Shown: positions 26,776-41,100 of the stretch, in pieces
Position numbering within the stretch: position 1 is the stretch's first letter
Layout of the letters: the number at the start of each line of letters is the position of its first letter
Assembly: GCF_000497125.1 (NCBI RefSeq)
Contig: NC_090600.1
Span: 1,075,197 to 1,139,196, forward strand
Direction of reading: 5' to 3'
Length of the DNA: 64,000 nucleotides
From: Spironucleus salmonicida
Taxonomy: Eukaryota
Notes under the pieces: model-generated
What the model was told of the DNA's origin: nothing
Databases searched by the model: none
What the model saw: the letters and a program-made list of their open reading frames with translations, nothing else
Translations under genes and position numbers: made by a program

Positions 26776-28310
26776 GTGTCTTTTTTCTCCTTTGCTGGGA
26801 ATCTATGATTGGGGCAGGTAAGCATAGCAACGCTGCATGGATCTTCTACCTATAATATTAAGTGGTCTATAATATTATGTTTTAGCCTCAACTTTTGAAG
26901 AACGGGGTTAGGGTTGCGGTATTGTTAAAATTTAACTTTCAGTTCTCGGCATTAATTCATTCGTTGGACTGTTGTGCCCTGGCGAAATACTCACTCTATT
27001 CTTTAGTATGACATATCTTTCGCTAGTTTGCTTACCTAAATGTTAATTAACGTTGTCAATATTATAGTAATGATGCGAATATCGGCAGTTGAGTTTTCGA
27101 TAAACTTAATCTCATCAGCAATTTGGGCATAGTTTATAGTTGAGGTAGAAGATTATTATTTGTAAAATATTAATTACCTCAGTACGCCCATTCATGTTAT
27201 TCGCTAAACTTTTCCTTTAGTCACTGTTTTTGTTGGTTTAACCTACTTTAATATCAGAAGTTCTTACTGGTATCATAGTAAGAATGTGAGGTAAGCAAAA
27301 GAGCTAGAAACTGAGGTCAATGGAGTTATGCCGTGTATGAAAACCTCAATACTGAAGAAAAAGGTGCGATCATAACCTGAATCGAACTAATTCAATGCTA
27401 ACGTAGAAAGCCCTAGATCTTAGACGAAACGAAACATAATGAAACTTGAGGGATATTTGCACAGAAAAGGTGCAGATAAGTTCTTTTTTAGCAGCAAAAA
27501 GAACGTATTAGATAGTAATCAACGCTTTGGAACAAAATAGCATAAATCTACATAAAATTCACAGAAATATTTTACTGGTGTTGATTCATAGATTTACGGG
27601 CTCCCTTTGAGACACGATCGCCAAATACTGTAGGGTGACTAATTCGTATCGTAAATTTCTTATCCATATAAGTGCATTTTCAATATAAAGTGTATATTAT
27701 ATAAGGATAGTCGAATTTAATTGAACAAGAAAAATATTAAATTCTTTTCTTAGTTTCCCTTCTTACTTGTAGCTATTATTTAAGATATTAAATAATTAGT
27801 TCACTATAATATTATACTTTATTTGTTATTCATCGTATGAAATTAGTTAATAGTAGTAGAATTACTACCTTCTAACTTCGAATTATGATGAAATTAGTTT
27901 ATTGCAAATAGAAGTTACTAAATTTTGTGAAAACAGTAGTTTAATGTTCCATGGATAGTGTTAGAAAAATAGTAAAATCAATATAATATATAAAGTTCTG
28001 TTTTACACAATTTTATATTAAATTAAATATATTGTAATTATTTGCAGATAGCTGAAATCTTTAAATTACGGACTCCTTCTCAAAATATTTTCTTCTTTTT
28101 ACATTACGATAACATTAGTGATAATATTGTTGTAATTAATTATTCTTTGATAAATTACATTTTATAGTTAGAGGTATTTATTAATATATTAGAACAGCCA
28201 TTACTTTCTAGGTTTTGAGAAACTGTGATATTTAAGTAATAGCTTTATTTATGAGATTTTAAAAAACAGGTTAAATAGTGTTTTGTTTATTGAAGAATAT
28301 AATATATACC

Positions 28311-29000
28311 ATGGTTTTAAAAATGACCCAAGATAATACCAATACGCAAGTAAATGATGCAGTTTCCACGTGTACTAGACATTTCGACTGCGCAAGTAAA
28401 CATGAAGGTTATTGCGACAAAAATACCCACACGTGTTAACCATGCTAAGCAAACTGCATTGTCTGCTAGTCTGCAGCTTCGTGCAATTCCTGTGAGCCTA
28501 CTACTCACGTAACGACGACAACAGGTTAATGTACTCCAATCTGTAAGGATCTCATATAGGATTAATTTTGTGGTGAAGGAGAAGCTAAAACTTGCACAGA
28601 CTTTACCACGTCATCGTGCAAATGTGGAAACAGAAGTAACTGTAAGACCTGCAAAGATAGTGGTTTACCAACATGTGCCACTTGCCTAACAGGAATGAAG
28701 ATGGACAGGGATGGCCGTTGTCTGGATTGTGCTTAAGGATTTACACTAATTACTGGAATGTGCTGGAAAGTTGGATCAGACCCAGATATCCCAGATGACC
28801 CGGTTGATCCAAACGTGCCAGTTCCACCGGTTGATCCAAATGTGCCAGTTCCACCGGAGCAACCGGTGGACCCCGAGGCCCCGGCCAGCAACAAGCTAGG
28901 TGGTGGGGCAGTGACCGGAATTGTCGTCGGGGTGGTTCTTGTCGTTGGCGCCGTTGCGGGCGGCCTTGCTTATTATTTTATCAAGAAGGGTAAAAAGTGA
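28311..29000 (+). CDS. Cysteine-rich membrane protein, CRMP1 type (229 aa), mirror copy
   Basis: ATG 28311 to AAG-TGA 29000; no differences seen from 19316-20005. Confidence 0.92.
28800..28853 (+). repeat. 2 x 27-bp tandem repeat encoding PVDPNVPVP in CRMP stalk (mirror 19463-19516)
   Basis: ccggttgatccaaaYgtgccagttcca twice, with degenerate PVDP units on either side. Confidence 0.85.
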
Positions 29001-29755
29001 TATTTAATTTATAAGTATATAGTAAAACTTCTGAATTTGGGATGTCAGCATTTAATTTGAATAATATATTTTATTATATCTAATAATGAAGTTAAGCAGA
29101 ACATACTAAAAATGGTAAACTAAAACCACCTAATATGACTTGAACTAAACACTAACCCTATTTCGATAATTTTACTCAGTTGCTTACAGCTTTTCTAGTT
29201 TCCCCCAATACTATTCCAATTAAAGCTATTTCTATCTAGATGATTTATTATACTCACGTTCATATCTCGTTTAACCCGCCATTTGCTCCTATTTTAACTG
29301 CTTCTCCTTACCTTATTTCAGTCGAATCCCAGCATCCTATGATTCTTTTCCTATTTGCATATTTTATACCCCAAATTCCAGTCCCACGACCCACCATGAT
29401 GATAGCCTACCTGCTACCACCCACCACCATTACGCACCTGGCATTGTCATGCGCGCAAATCACGCTATTTTCGGCGCTTACTTCCCACTACTATCCGTGG
29501 TATCTGCAGTTTTCGGGCACCTATCCTCAAAAGTCCAGACCTCGCCAGTTTCAGGTGGAGTGCTTCCGACGTTCGAGCAGCATTCAAGCCTCGCGCATTT
29601 CGCCTGCACAGTTTTGGGTGATTTTCGCCAGTACTATCAAGTGGTGTCTCTAAACTGCTACAGTTTGCAGTTTTAGGGCGTACTGCTCAATAGAAATTGC
29701 CCCAATCTCGTAATGTGCTCTACTGAGCTTCCGCCTCACCCGCTGATGCATTTTT

Positions 29756-30436
29756 ATCGCGCTTCTGAGGGAATTATGGGAATAGGTGTTCCATTTCTAG
29801 AAAATCCACTGGTACCGCCTTCTGCATCATAAGGCAGTAATTTTCATCACTTACTGTCAATCGGTTTAAAGCCTTCCAGGCAGGGTTTCTCGTCATGTGC
29901 TTTACATTCTAGCAGTTGATTTAAAGTTTACGCCCGCAGTTGAATTTTAAGTCGATTGCCATCGATGTGGAGCATGGTCAACACTTACTATTTGATTTAG
30001 CTAAATATTCATTATAACACAGCGAACAGCCGCCATAACTATTATCTAAAAGGCAGTTTGGTGCAGTATTGAAGATTGACCATCCCTGGTGCTTATAAAT
30101 GCAGAAACACTTTCTAATGATTAGTCTTAGATGCACTTGCAGGTAATGTTTCACAGTCACTTTATTTTGTTCAGTAGCTCCATGCGAACCACTTCGTGCA
30201 CTAATTCGATGCTTCAGCGAAATATTTGCAGGTGCCATCGCAACATTCGCACTTGTTGAACTATTAATCGTCTTCGGACAGAAATCTGCTGCGCTGTAGT
30301 AGGAGTCTGTATTGCATTCGCTAAGCACACATTCATCTTTTTTGGCTTTTCTTACCAATGCAATGCAAACAGTATTCGCTAGCACATAAGCGCTAGTTCT
30401 TAATACGCTCGCCGTGACAATAGCATTTACTACATT
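29756..30436 (-). pseudogene. Decayed cysteine-rich protein gene (mirror of 17880-18560)
   Basis: Mirror ORF 29978-30385 is identical to 17931-18338. Confidence 0.6.
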
Positions 30437-33400
30437 TTATATATTAAAAAATATTATTCTTACGAATATTTCCCCTTTACCTTTAAATATATAATAATAC
30501 TATATATTAAAACACAATTTTACCAAGCACCCAGAATCTGAGCGTCGTGCAATGCGGCCCATACCTGATCCGGCCCAGTACTGCAAAATCTATCAAATAG
30601 CACTTTTACACTACGTAGGAGCTAAAACTACCGTCATCAATTAGATACCTTTTGGCCCCCCACATCAGCATCCATAAACCTCTCTCCATGCTACATATGC
30701 CCTAACAGTATCAATTCAGAGTATCTCACACCACAATTTACCAAATCGTAATTAGCACAGCTACAATCTTATTCTCGACCAGTTGGGTTATTATTGCTAT
30801 ATCCCTGGATTGTGAAAGCTGAGCTAGCATTATTTCCATCACCCACTGAACCGAGCAAATCCTAGAAACTATTTACCACGCTTATTGACAAACTTCTCAA
30901 CCCGTCTAAACTCTTATGGCTATATTAAGTGTTTACCAGCAGAAATATAATCCATAATTATCACATCAGCTTGATTAGGTTCTAACCCCAAATTAAATAC
31001 TAGTAATATTTCTATGCGAATGCTAACATAGACTCACTGTTTGCTATATTAATGTCCTTATTTATTTTTAAACTTTTGCTGATACTATTATTTTGTAGCA
31101 TTTCTCGCTAAATGCGATCTTGTGCCACACTGCTCAAGAATAATAAGGTACAATATCAAAATTTACTGGTAACCGAAGCTTTCTCTTATACGTAATGAGA
31201 TAAGTCCTTGCAATACATTTTCTATCTGAAAACTTTAATTAATATCGGAGCTGAAATACAAAAATAATTTTATGTACAAATTTTCATATGCATCAAACAC
31301 GATTAAAAGTCTAAACTAAATTATGCTTACTCTAGTTAACATATCCATTTATAATTTTAAGCTTTTACTGTCTTACTTTTTCATTAGTTTGCCCTGCTCC
31401 ATAGCAGCCTCATATTGTATTTGGCCGCAGTATCTTTGTTGTGGGATATTATTATAAAAATACCTAAATCTAGTAGTATGTAACATATTTTTATAAATAA
31501 ACTGTATGCTATTAATATACCACCTTACATTCGCTATATAATTTCGTCGTATCGTGTATATTACGATATATTTCTGTTGTAGGTTAAAATTTAATGCAAA
31601 AGATGGCTAATTATTACCATTTTATCTAGTATAATTTCGCATTCTTTTGATTTTACCCTAAGCTTAGCTCTTGTAAATTACCAAATCGCTGTTTATGGAT
31701 ACGAAGCTAGTGACCTTTATTGGATTAATGGTTTTCAGTAATATGTACTAGCTTAGTATCTCCTATAAGCACCGCTATATTCTGAGTATAAACAATATTT
31801 ACTGATGCACCAACCGAATAAATGATAAATTAGATTCATTCTATGAGATTTTAGTTATATAAATATACAGTACATGTCATAAAAATGTGCAATAATATGA
31901 AAACCTAGCATATAGGATATATAGTAAGTTTTGAGTACTTTAATATTCTGTATAACGCTTTTATTTATTTGGCAGACTCGTTTCAATTTGTTGTTATATA
32001 GTGATACCCGAATATTATTGTCAGACTACAGTAATGAGAACCTGTAACCTTTAGCATACTGTGTTAACTAGCATAAGTATATGTGTATCGCATAGGTAAA
32101 GGACGCAGCAGTTTTCCAAGTTATGACATATTAATTTGTATTCCTATAAGCATAATTGGCTACTTATATAAACATATATTTTCGCGAAATCTTGAAAATA
32201 GTATAGCTTATAACTGCATAGACTTTACAATAATAATCTTATATATCTGTTTAAACATAATAACAAGACCACGCATAGATTTACATAAAATACTCATAAT
32301 TCGATAAGCTATGTTATTAATTAATCAAATATTAAGCTCTATTATATTGATCAACTAAAGAATAATGTTAAATATCATTAACCGTATTCTTGCTTATAAA
32401 ACTGTCTTGTATTTATACTAAATAACGATAATTCGGGTGAACAAAATATAAATTTATTGTGATTAACGGACTTAAACTTTGCATTGTGGATAATCAAAAC
32501 TAAAAGTAATACTCACGATATTTGCAAATTTTATAATTCAAGTACTCACCTGGTATACGCAATAATATAAACTTTCATTGCAAATATTCAAATAGAAACT
32601 AAATTTATTTAATATGGATTTCTTATTTGCTGTTAGAAGCATATACATCTTTAAATACGGCGGATATATTTTATTTAAAATATTAGTGTATAAGGATATT
32701 TTAATAACAGTTCCCCTATCATGCTGATTGCTCAGAAACATAAACACTGTGCAGATAAATTCAGTAACATATACGCGAGTTTGTTTTATCATATTTTACC
32801 AGAATATCTAATGTACGCATATACACAGTATAATCCACAACGCTATTAAGAATGATACTTTGCCTTTAAGATACTCAGAATGCATATGTAAGTAGATTCA
32901 GTGGCTTATCAAACCTAAAAGTATATAATAGTATATAACGTTAATATATGATCATGAAGAATTGAAGTTTATACCCCCGAAGCTACTATCTTAAGAATAA
33001 TAACCGTTTATCATTTTATGTACTAGTTTACATCATGCCTGTATATTCTCTAAACTGCATAGTGTTAATGTTCTATTACTATAATACCTTTAAATATATT
33101 TAAGGCAGATTAATAATTTCCATATGTTTGCCTGGTTGCATATATTATTTAACAGGTTACAATTTTACTAATTATCATCAATCATTCATTCAAATACCGA
33201 CCTTGTTGATATTTAACTATGATATCCACATTTTACCAGAGACCAGCATAATTTATTTAGCTTGATAACCTCGCATAGGCAAAGTATTAATAGTTTTCCT
33301 GTAGACTCAATATAGATTACTTCATCCAGGCCAGCCAGTAGTAAATCCCCAAATTTGCTATTATCGTATCATTGTTAAATTATGCAAATATCAAGAGCCT

Positions 33401-36400
33401 ATTACAGCCTAATTTTCATTAGTATATGTTGTGCTAAATAAATTTGATGCTTAAGTTAAAATATCTACAGCTCTTAGTTAGTTAGAAAATTCAGGAAATG
33501 ATAGTCTCAGAAAGTATGCAACACAGCCAATTTACTATAAATATACGTTAGTATCATATATATGATGTGCTAAGAGCTATGCATAATACGGCTGCTAGGC
33601 CTCCTATAAGTTATCTTTCAGGGTGTTGTAGATAGGATTTTATGCTGCACTAGCATTTACGTATGCTTCTGAAGATTTGCATACACCAAATGAGAGGTAG
33701 AATTCTAATATCAGTGATACGTTGGGTGATATATACAGTAGCTTCTATCGGCCGAGAAAAGTAGAATAGTACCATTTCCTTTATCATCCTTGTTTAGCTT
33801 TGGTACTACTGAGTATTCACCCATCAATATGGTAGCATATCAGCATCTGTTTTCAGAGGATCTAGGATTCAAGGCTAACTAGTATAAATTAGAACCTTGT
33901 AGTCATCAGGATATTGTACCAATACCATGCATTTACGCATTTAACTAGAACCCCGTCACTCAGGTTGCGCCTCTTCTATTTTCTATTACACAGTATTTGT
34001 TGAACATTTTATTTGCTTTGCCAATGCCTTGCATCTAAAATTTTAAATTATTCTGAAGCTGCGCCTCCTGCTTAGGCTAGAATACATATCCCCATATGAT
34101 ATTTTACCAATGAAATAAATTTCCAGAAGAATTTATGCTCCCATATTACTAACGTTATTGACTGAATCTAATATAATAATGGTTAAACTATTCATCTTAC
34201 TACATAGGCATCCCCGCATTACAAAACTCATTGTACCCATCAAAATAAGAAAGAAATATAATACGTTAACAACCCCTGTAATTTAGTTATATGCTCTTTT
34301 ATGATCCAGGGATTCTTATAATAAAATAATACCATATGAAGATCTTTGTTTAGCATCTATTTTAGCGATATTTCCCTATATTACAACATGAAAAATTATC
34401 ATGAACTGAATTGTTTTTTATTAATCAGCAGTTCCCCCATATAATTTAATCAGTTTACTTATCATCTCAAAATTAGTTTCAGCATTCTTCAGTTTATATA
34501 GACCATATAGCATTCTAATCTAAATAATATATGTTGTATTTGCGCATATCGGTACTATTTCACTTTACACATGCTAAACGTATTATCCATATTTCCTGGT
34601 AATTTTTATTCACGCTATTATTTATATCTCCCCTTAACCTGAAACACATCCACGTTCCCCAGCTCCCTCATTACCGCACACGCTGCCATCATGGCCCTTA
34701 TGACCAGCTTCACACATCCCTGCAATTTTTGAAGCTAATTTTCAGTGCGATATATTTGTAACCTATCCGATATCCACACACTCAATACTATTTTTTACCA
34801 TTTTCCGCTAATTTCGGCATCAGCACACACGCAAATCGCTATCTCTCGTTTTCGTCGTGATATGGAAGTTTCGATTTTCGGGCCGGTGTCTGGGCGCAAT
34901 GTGTGGTGCAGCGTGAAATTTGTAGCAGGTGATATAATAGGTGGTGCGGGGTGGTTATTTTATATTTTAGGGCGCTGGTGGCAAGCCTGTCTCTGTGGGA
35001 TGTTACTGATTCTCAGCTCAAGTAAAAGTATTTGGGGTTTTATTGCGGTATTTTAAGAATTCCTATATCTGATGTAATGGTAGATAAACTTTTAAGAGGA
35101 AAGCTGCTGCATGCTTTTCTGGGTCAATGGGGTCTGAGAATGGTACTGTAAGTATTACTAGCTGATCTGTTATAAGGCTCTGCTGAAGTAGCAATTGCGG
35201 TAACTAAACCGTTCAGAGTGCTATTTTGGTGGTATAAATATCATGTGGGTGCTGAATTTGGTGTACAGTATATATAAACTTGCAAATTCTAAAATTGAAT
35301 TTCATATCAGTTGATGAATGCGTGGTAGCTAGATTAATAGCTGATATTAACACTGGCTAGACTTATGGAACTTGTTAATTGTTATTATTGGTGTAATTAT
35401 TTGTATTTTCAATGAAACAATGTACTTTACTCCCTAGCAATATCTTAAACCAAGAGATACAAGAATGAACTTTCACGAGGCTAGGTGTTGTATGCTGAGG
35501 TGCTGGGTTTCTACTTTATACAAAGTTTCGTAGATAAATATTTGGTTATATATCAAATGAAACAGTATTGTAGCTTACTGTACATGATTATCTATTAACT
35601 ATATAATTATTTTATAGTTAGCTTTATGGTTTTGTGTTTCATTATCAGTATCTTACTATAATAGGCGTTTTATTTGTAACAACATAATTCTCATAGTATT
35701 ACCATGATAAAATTAACTATCATATTAACAAATCGTGAAACTAACACCGCAAAATAGCTAATATCTAGTAATAAATATTCTTGTTTAGAGAAATTATAGA
35801 TTCGATATTTAGTACAGTTATTTATTAAAGATAACGATACTGTACTAATAACTGAACAAGTATAAACTTATTATCAGCATTGAAGGCTATCATTTGGCAG
35901 AGAATAATAATATTTGTAAAAAATTTACTTCTGAGTCTACTTTTTTGATAAATAATAACTTGAATATCATAACATGCAAAAGTAAGACGAGGAATTCCTA
36001 TAGCAAGATGAGATAAAAGAATACACAAAGAAAGTCATTATATAAAATGTATCTTATTAAAATTTGAGTATATAATAAGTCTTTATTGGTAATATTTAGT
36101 TATAGTTAATTAACACTATTATTTTGGAATATACATTGATAGAACCTGAATTATCAGTAGTTTAAGTTTAATAAAATTATTGGAAGAATATTATCCCGTA
36201 GTTGATAAGTTAGTGACCTACAGTCAACTATTCTATTTCAATATAAACTAAGTATGTACTTTATGCATAATTACAATAGTCTGATACTATTTGTTTTGTA
36301 TTGATATAATTATTTAGAGAATTAAATTTGAAAGCTATATCCAATAATGCAGTTTATAAGTAATTATTATCACAGCCTTCTTGTACTACATTATTTATAT

Positions 36401-38111
36401 TTACTTTAGCGGCGGTACGTTGTAATGTCTTTACCTTTCATAATTTTTTAATATAAATATAATTGTGTACTAATAATCATTCGTTATTATTCATATAAAG
36501 TTATTATTCGTTAACAAATATAAATATATAATAAGTCTATTTTCTTAACCTTTTGCAGACAATATTATACCTGTTTAGGAACTGTTACCCTGTTTTTATC
36601 TTAAAATAATATTTTTTGATATATAGCTTGTATATTAGCCTTTGCTTTTATATAACAGTGTCTTTTTATTTTTCCAACGCAATTTCGGATATTCTCAGCT
36701 GTTTTTATATCAGTTTCTATCTATCTTATGAATAATCCTACCAAAACATATCCATCGTATATCTCTTAATTTACGAATAACAAGGTCCTCTACGGCTTAT
36801 ATTTTTCAATCATTGAATTATTAACCCAATCAAGTTTTTCATCAGTGATTAATTATAAAAAGTCTACTATTAATATAAACTAGTTTAAAATTTAATGTTC
36901 TCCTCACCACTTAAGAATTCCAGCATTGGCTGCAAAACAATTGCCTTATCGATAGTGTCTGACGAATGTCTTAAGTAAAGACAGATATTTCTGAATAAAA
37001 GGCATCTAGGCAGCTTTTTAAAATTTTGAATTTTCATTAAATCCGACAAATACAGGATCTAGTGCATCTAGAAGTTAATCTTTAACCCGTTGACAAATTA
37101 AATTAGTGAATATAGAAATTAGCAGCTTTCAAATTCCATTATTTTAGATAATGCATAATTCAAACTCTACCCAATTCCCTAAGTTCTATATTATTTAAAT
37201 ACAACATAGCAGAATTACCAATAATTTGTATACTCATACAAATGAATTACCAACTCTATTATCTGAGTAGTCCACAGTGTAATGTTTCTTTTCCGTAATA
37301 AATTGCACAATCTCTAATGCAGTATATGGTAGAATATGCCTCACTGTTCTAGCTCTCGGAAAACATGTACAACACATAATTGAATCACGCCATTTGACAG
37401 AATGCTTCTCAGTTCCAGATTTCTGAATCGCCCCATTGAAACTCTTCCTAGCATATGTTTTACTATACCACTATAAAATCCTCACTTTCCATATTTCAGT
37501 TGATTTTGTGATTTCCCCTAAGTCCTACCATTTATAAAGGCTCGCTACCATTTTCCCGAATGCCTTATAGACACGTTTGCTGCACCAGCATTTGCCGAAG
37601 TATAAAAATGCATTTAGTCTTCAAGTTTACGTGACCCTAGAAAGTGATGTTTGCTGTAAAATGTTAGAGCTGCAAAACTATCAAAAGTATATTTTTCCTC
37701 GTTTTAAGAAATATATTTTATACTAGTTGAGTTTAATAAAGGCAGAGAAGCGGAGTGCCAGAAGAAATAATGCGCTCAATCTATGTGTTGGAAGCAGGAT
37801 TTCGAAATTGCTTCTCTGGAGTCAACAAAACTGCAAATTTGCTGGGCTGGTCGCGCAGTGCGATTTCGTGTTCATAAGTAAGTTATATTCCATTAAATAT
37901 GTAAATAACTAGTTGCTACTTAACTGCAGATTATTTGGGCGTAGCAACCTGTAGTGGGTATTTTAGAATGCAAACAATAATGATATATTGCTAATACAGG
38001 TCAAATACATAAACATTCTCTTCCGATTTTTGAAAGAATGAATAATTCATAAATTTGTGAAATATGACAACTGATACCTATGCGATGCGAAAATTACAAA
38101 ATAATAGTAGA

Positions 38112-41100
38112 TCACTCAATAGCTATCAATTGCAGTATATCTCTATTTTCTTCATGTCTAATGCCTGTCGCTACCACTTTGGTTTGACTAAACAGATTAT
38201 TTATAGTTACCCCTAAAGGATATTATCTTATCGCAAGCTACTTGCCTTTAACATAACTTCTCTATTCATCAGTGAATAGTTATCCGTGCACCTCCACCTA
38301 GCACTAATATTATTTATTTGAACTGTCATTTATTTTTTAAAACAATCCACGAATAATACTAAATTACACCTCAAACGATTATCCAAACAAAAACTTGTTA
38401 TCAAGAGTAACTTTACCACATTTGATGAGATTTATTATTAGGTAACCATATTCTATTTCATATTCCTCCATGAATGTTAATATTTTCCTATTAGCATCAA
38501 CAATGTATCCTATGTACTCATTCTCATTCGTCAGATGAATAACGCCATTCTCAATTTTGTAGATGACACTCTAATAGTCTTAAATTTCTGAAACCAAACT
38601 CTTGTAACTAATCAAAATTTGTATCTTCTGATTAAGGTACAGCACACTAAGGTTGAGCTTTTTAGAATCCTCAGTAATTGGTGGATATATCTTCTTATCT
38701 GATAACTCAGCCTAATACGCGATATCAATCTGGAGCAATCTCATATTTATTTAGTTGGACTCATATAGCCTTTTCCGATAAGTATAGAAATAAGTTTTAT
38801 TTTCATTAAATTCTATTATTATCATTGAATCTATATTTTCCGTCTACTGGACAATAACAGTTAATGCGGAATCGTAAACTTTGTTATACACCGATACTAG
38901 CTACAATTCGAGAATGTGAAGCAGTTATAATAATTTTATATTTTAAAGGAATATAATCAAAATCTTAGTATCATGTAACTCTATAAATTTAACCATATGT
39001 TCCAATTCACACAGCTTGGCATTCAGCTGAGAAAACTTCGGAACTAGTACAAGGTCCAGGATTACTTCGTCCAAATGTTTATTCTCTCGTGAATATTTAA
39101 AATTTAATTGAGTTTTGCAGCTGGGTGAATTACATAGTGCCGCAAAGTCGTAGAGTGGGACTTGGTCAGGAATCAGCGTAATCTTAATGTTTCGTAAATC
39201 CGCTATTACTGTGTCTTTATCATTTGCTTTTGTTATAAACTAGATATAGTGCTAACGGTCGTGCCTTATGACTTTGAATAATCTGTGATCTCTCTGCAGT
39301 GCTTTTATATTTCGCTGAAAGTCGTCACATAAGTTCTATATTTAATAAATATATGAAGTTATTTAATTATCGCCAATATTTTTCTGCTCTTCCGTGTAGG
39401 CGTCCCTCTCCTCCGTCTGCTGCTGCGTAACTATCGTATCCGCTAAGTTTTCCATCCTAACTAGCGGCAATGCCTCATGTTAATCCTGGCCTATCTGGAC
39501 CACATTCCTTAGTCCAAACGGAGCTGCCATCTTCTCTATCACTTCCTTGATGTGGTGGCCACACTATACCGGCAAAATCTGATAGCCGTGCAGATTCTCT
39601 AGTCGCAGGCCACTGTAGCCGTGGAAGGTGAGCATGAAGTCGAATGGCATTTCCGATGCTTCTAATATCGGTGATAGGCTCATGCTCTTATTGAAGCAGA
39701 TTGCGATGATCAATCTTTCAGTGACGATTTTCTACCCCTTCAGGATATCGAAAGCTTCCGCAGCAGATTCAATTGAATCTTTCAGCACCTGGTTCCATAT
39801 CTCCGCCTGGGTAAATCTTTTCCTCCAATTATTCTAATCGTGGAACGCAAAGTCGAAGGTGGGAGCCAAGACCATAACCTCGTGTTTTCCTGGTATGAGA
39901 TGTATGGATCTCATCAGTTCCACGCTATTCTTAGTAATAATACTGCCTTTATATAAGTACTAGTATCCTATGTCCCCGCTCTCCCCTTGCTGGATAACCA
40001 GTTAGGTATTCTTAATCGCCATCTCTGATTATTGTGTCATGATCATCATGAACAAGATGATATTGAGATGATTTATTAGGCTGCTCCGCTTGAATAACCT
40101 GACAAGCTGCAGAACTCTCGTTATGCATCCATCGTTGTAAGCTGAACCATGGAATACGTTTGGATAAATTAACACATCAGAGAATAACTCAGAACTGCAA
40201 CCACCTCTTAGTTCAGGGTAGCTGAAGCAATGCATCTCAAGTTGTAACGACGATCATTTTCTTGCAAATTAATATTTTAGCTTTAGCTGTTAATTTTAAA
40301 TCCACTGTCCCGATTGCAGATTGTACTAATATCAATATAATTTACTATTTTGGTAAGACTGCTGAACTAGTAGACTATACTTTTATTGCCGTTGACCTAA
40401 ATCGTATGCTTCTCAACCGCGTTAAAATTACAAGCTTGAGGTTAATACTTTGTATCCACATACCATAGTTAATGGCAGATGAAAGGGCATATTAGCTGCA
40501 TTCTAGCAGAACTCTCGCCTAACATAGAATTTAATAATTCGACTAGACTAGAAGAGCTGTCTAAATAACTTTTTAGTGTTTTGGGGATGCCATCCAGTAT
40601 TCCACCCATATCATCCTGGTTGGCCAACATGCTGCGCTTGTCGTATTGGGCACTGTGCACCAGAGATGGGTGCGGCTAGACGTAACCAATAATGCTAGCA
40701 GCATAATGATAAGAATAGTCTCGTTCACAAGTTTCATAACTAAACTTGTCAATTGATGACTCATTTATTATATCTATATCTGGCCCTACTATTATAACTG
40801 AAAATGTACAGGCGTGATAGCTCTCATGCACTTTAGCATGCGTAGTGTGAATTAGATTTTCCAACTGTCTGCTACTTTTAGTAATTATTGACTGTAGTTA
40901 ATCTTCAAACCGGATGGGGAGAGTTTTGAAATTAAAATAAGATGCAAATTAGTCATTTACGGAATATATCCAAAATTTTGCAACAACTTAATACCAATAT
41001 TTAGAATCTCTCCTAAGCTCCGACTTTTATTCTATATATATGTGTTCAAAACTAATAAACTAAAACGTCTTCCAGAAGAGAGTCTCCACCGCCCTCGGGT

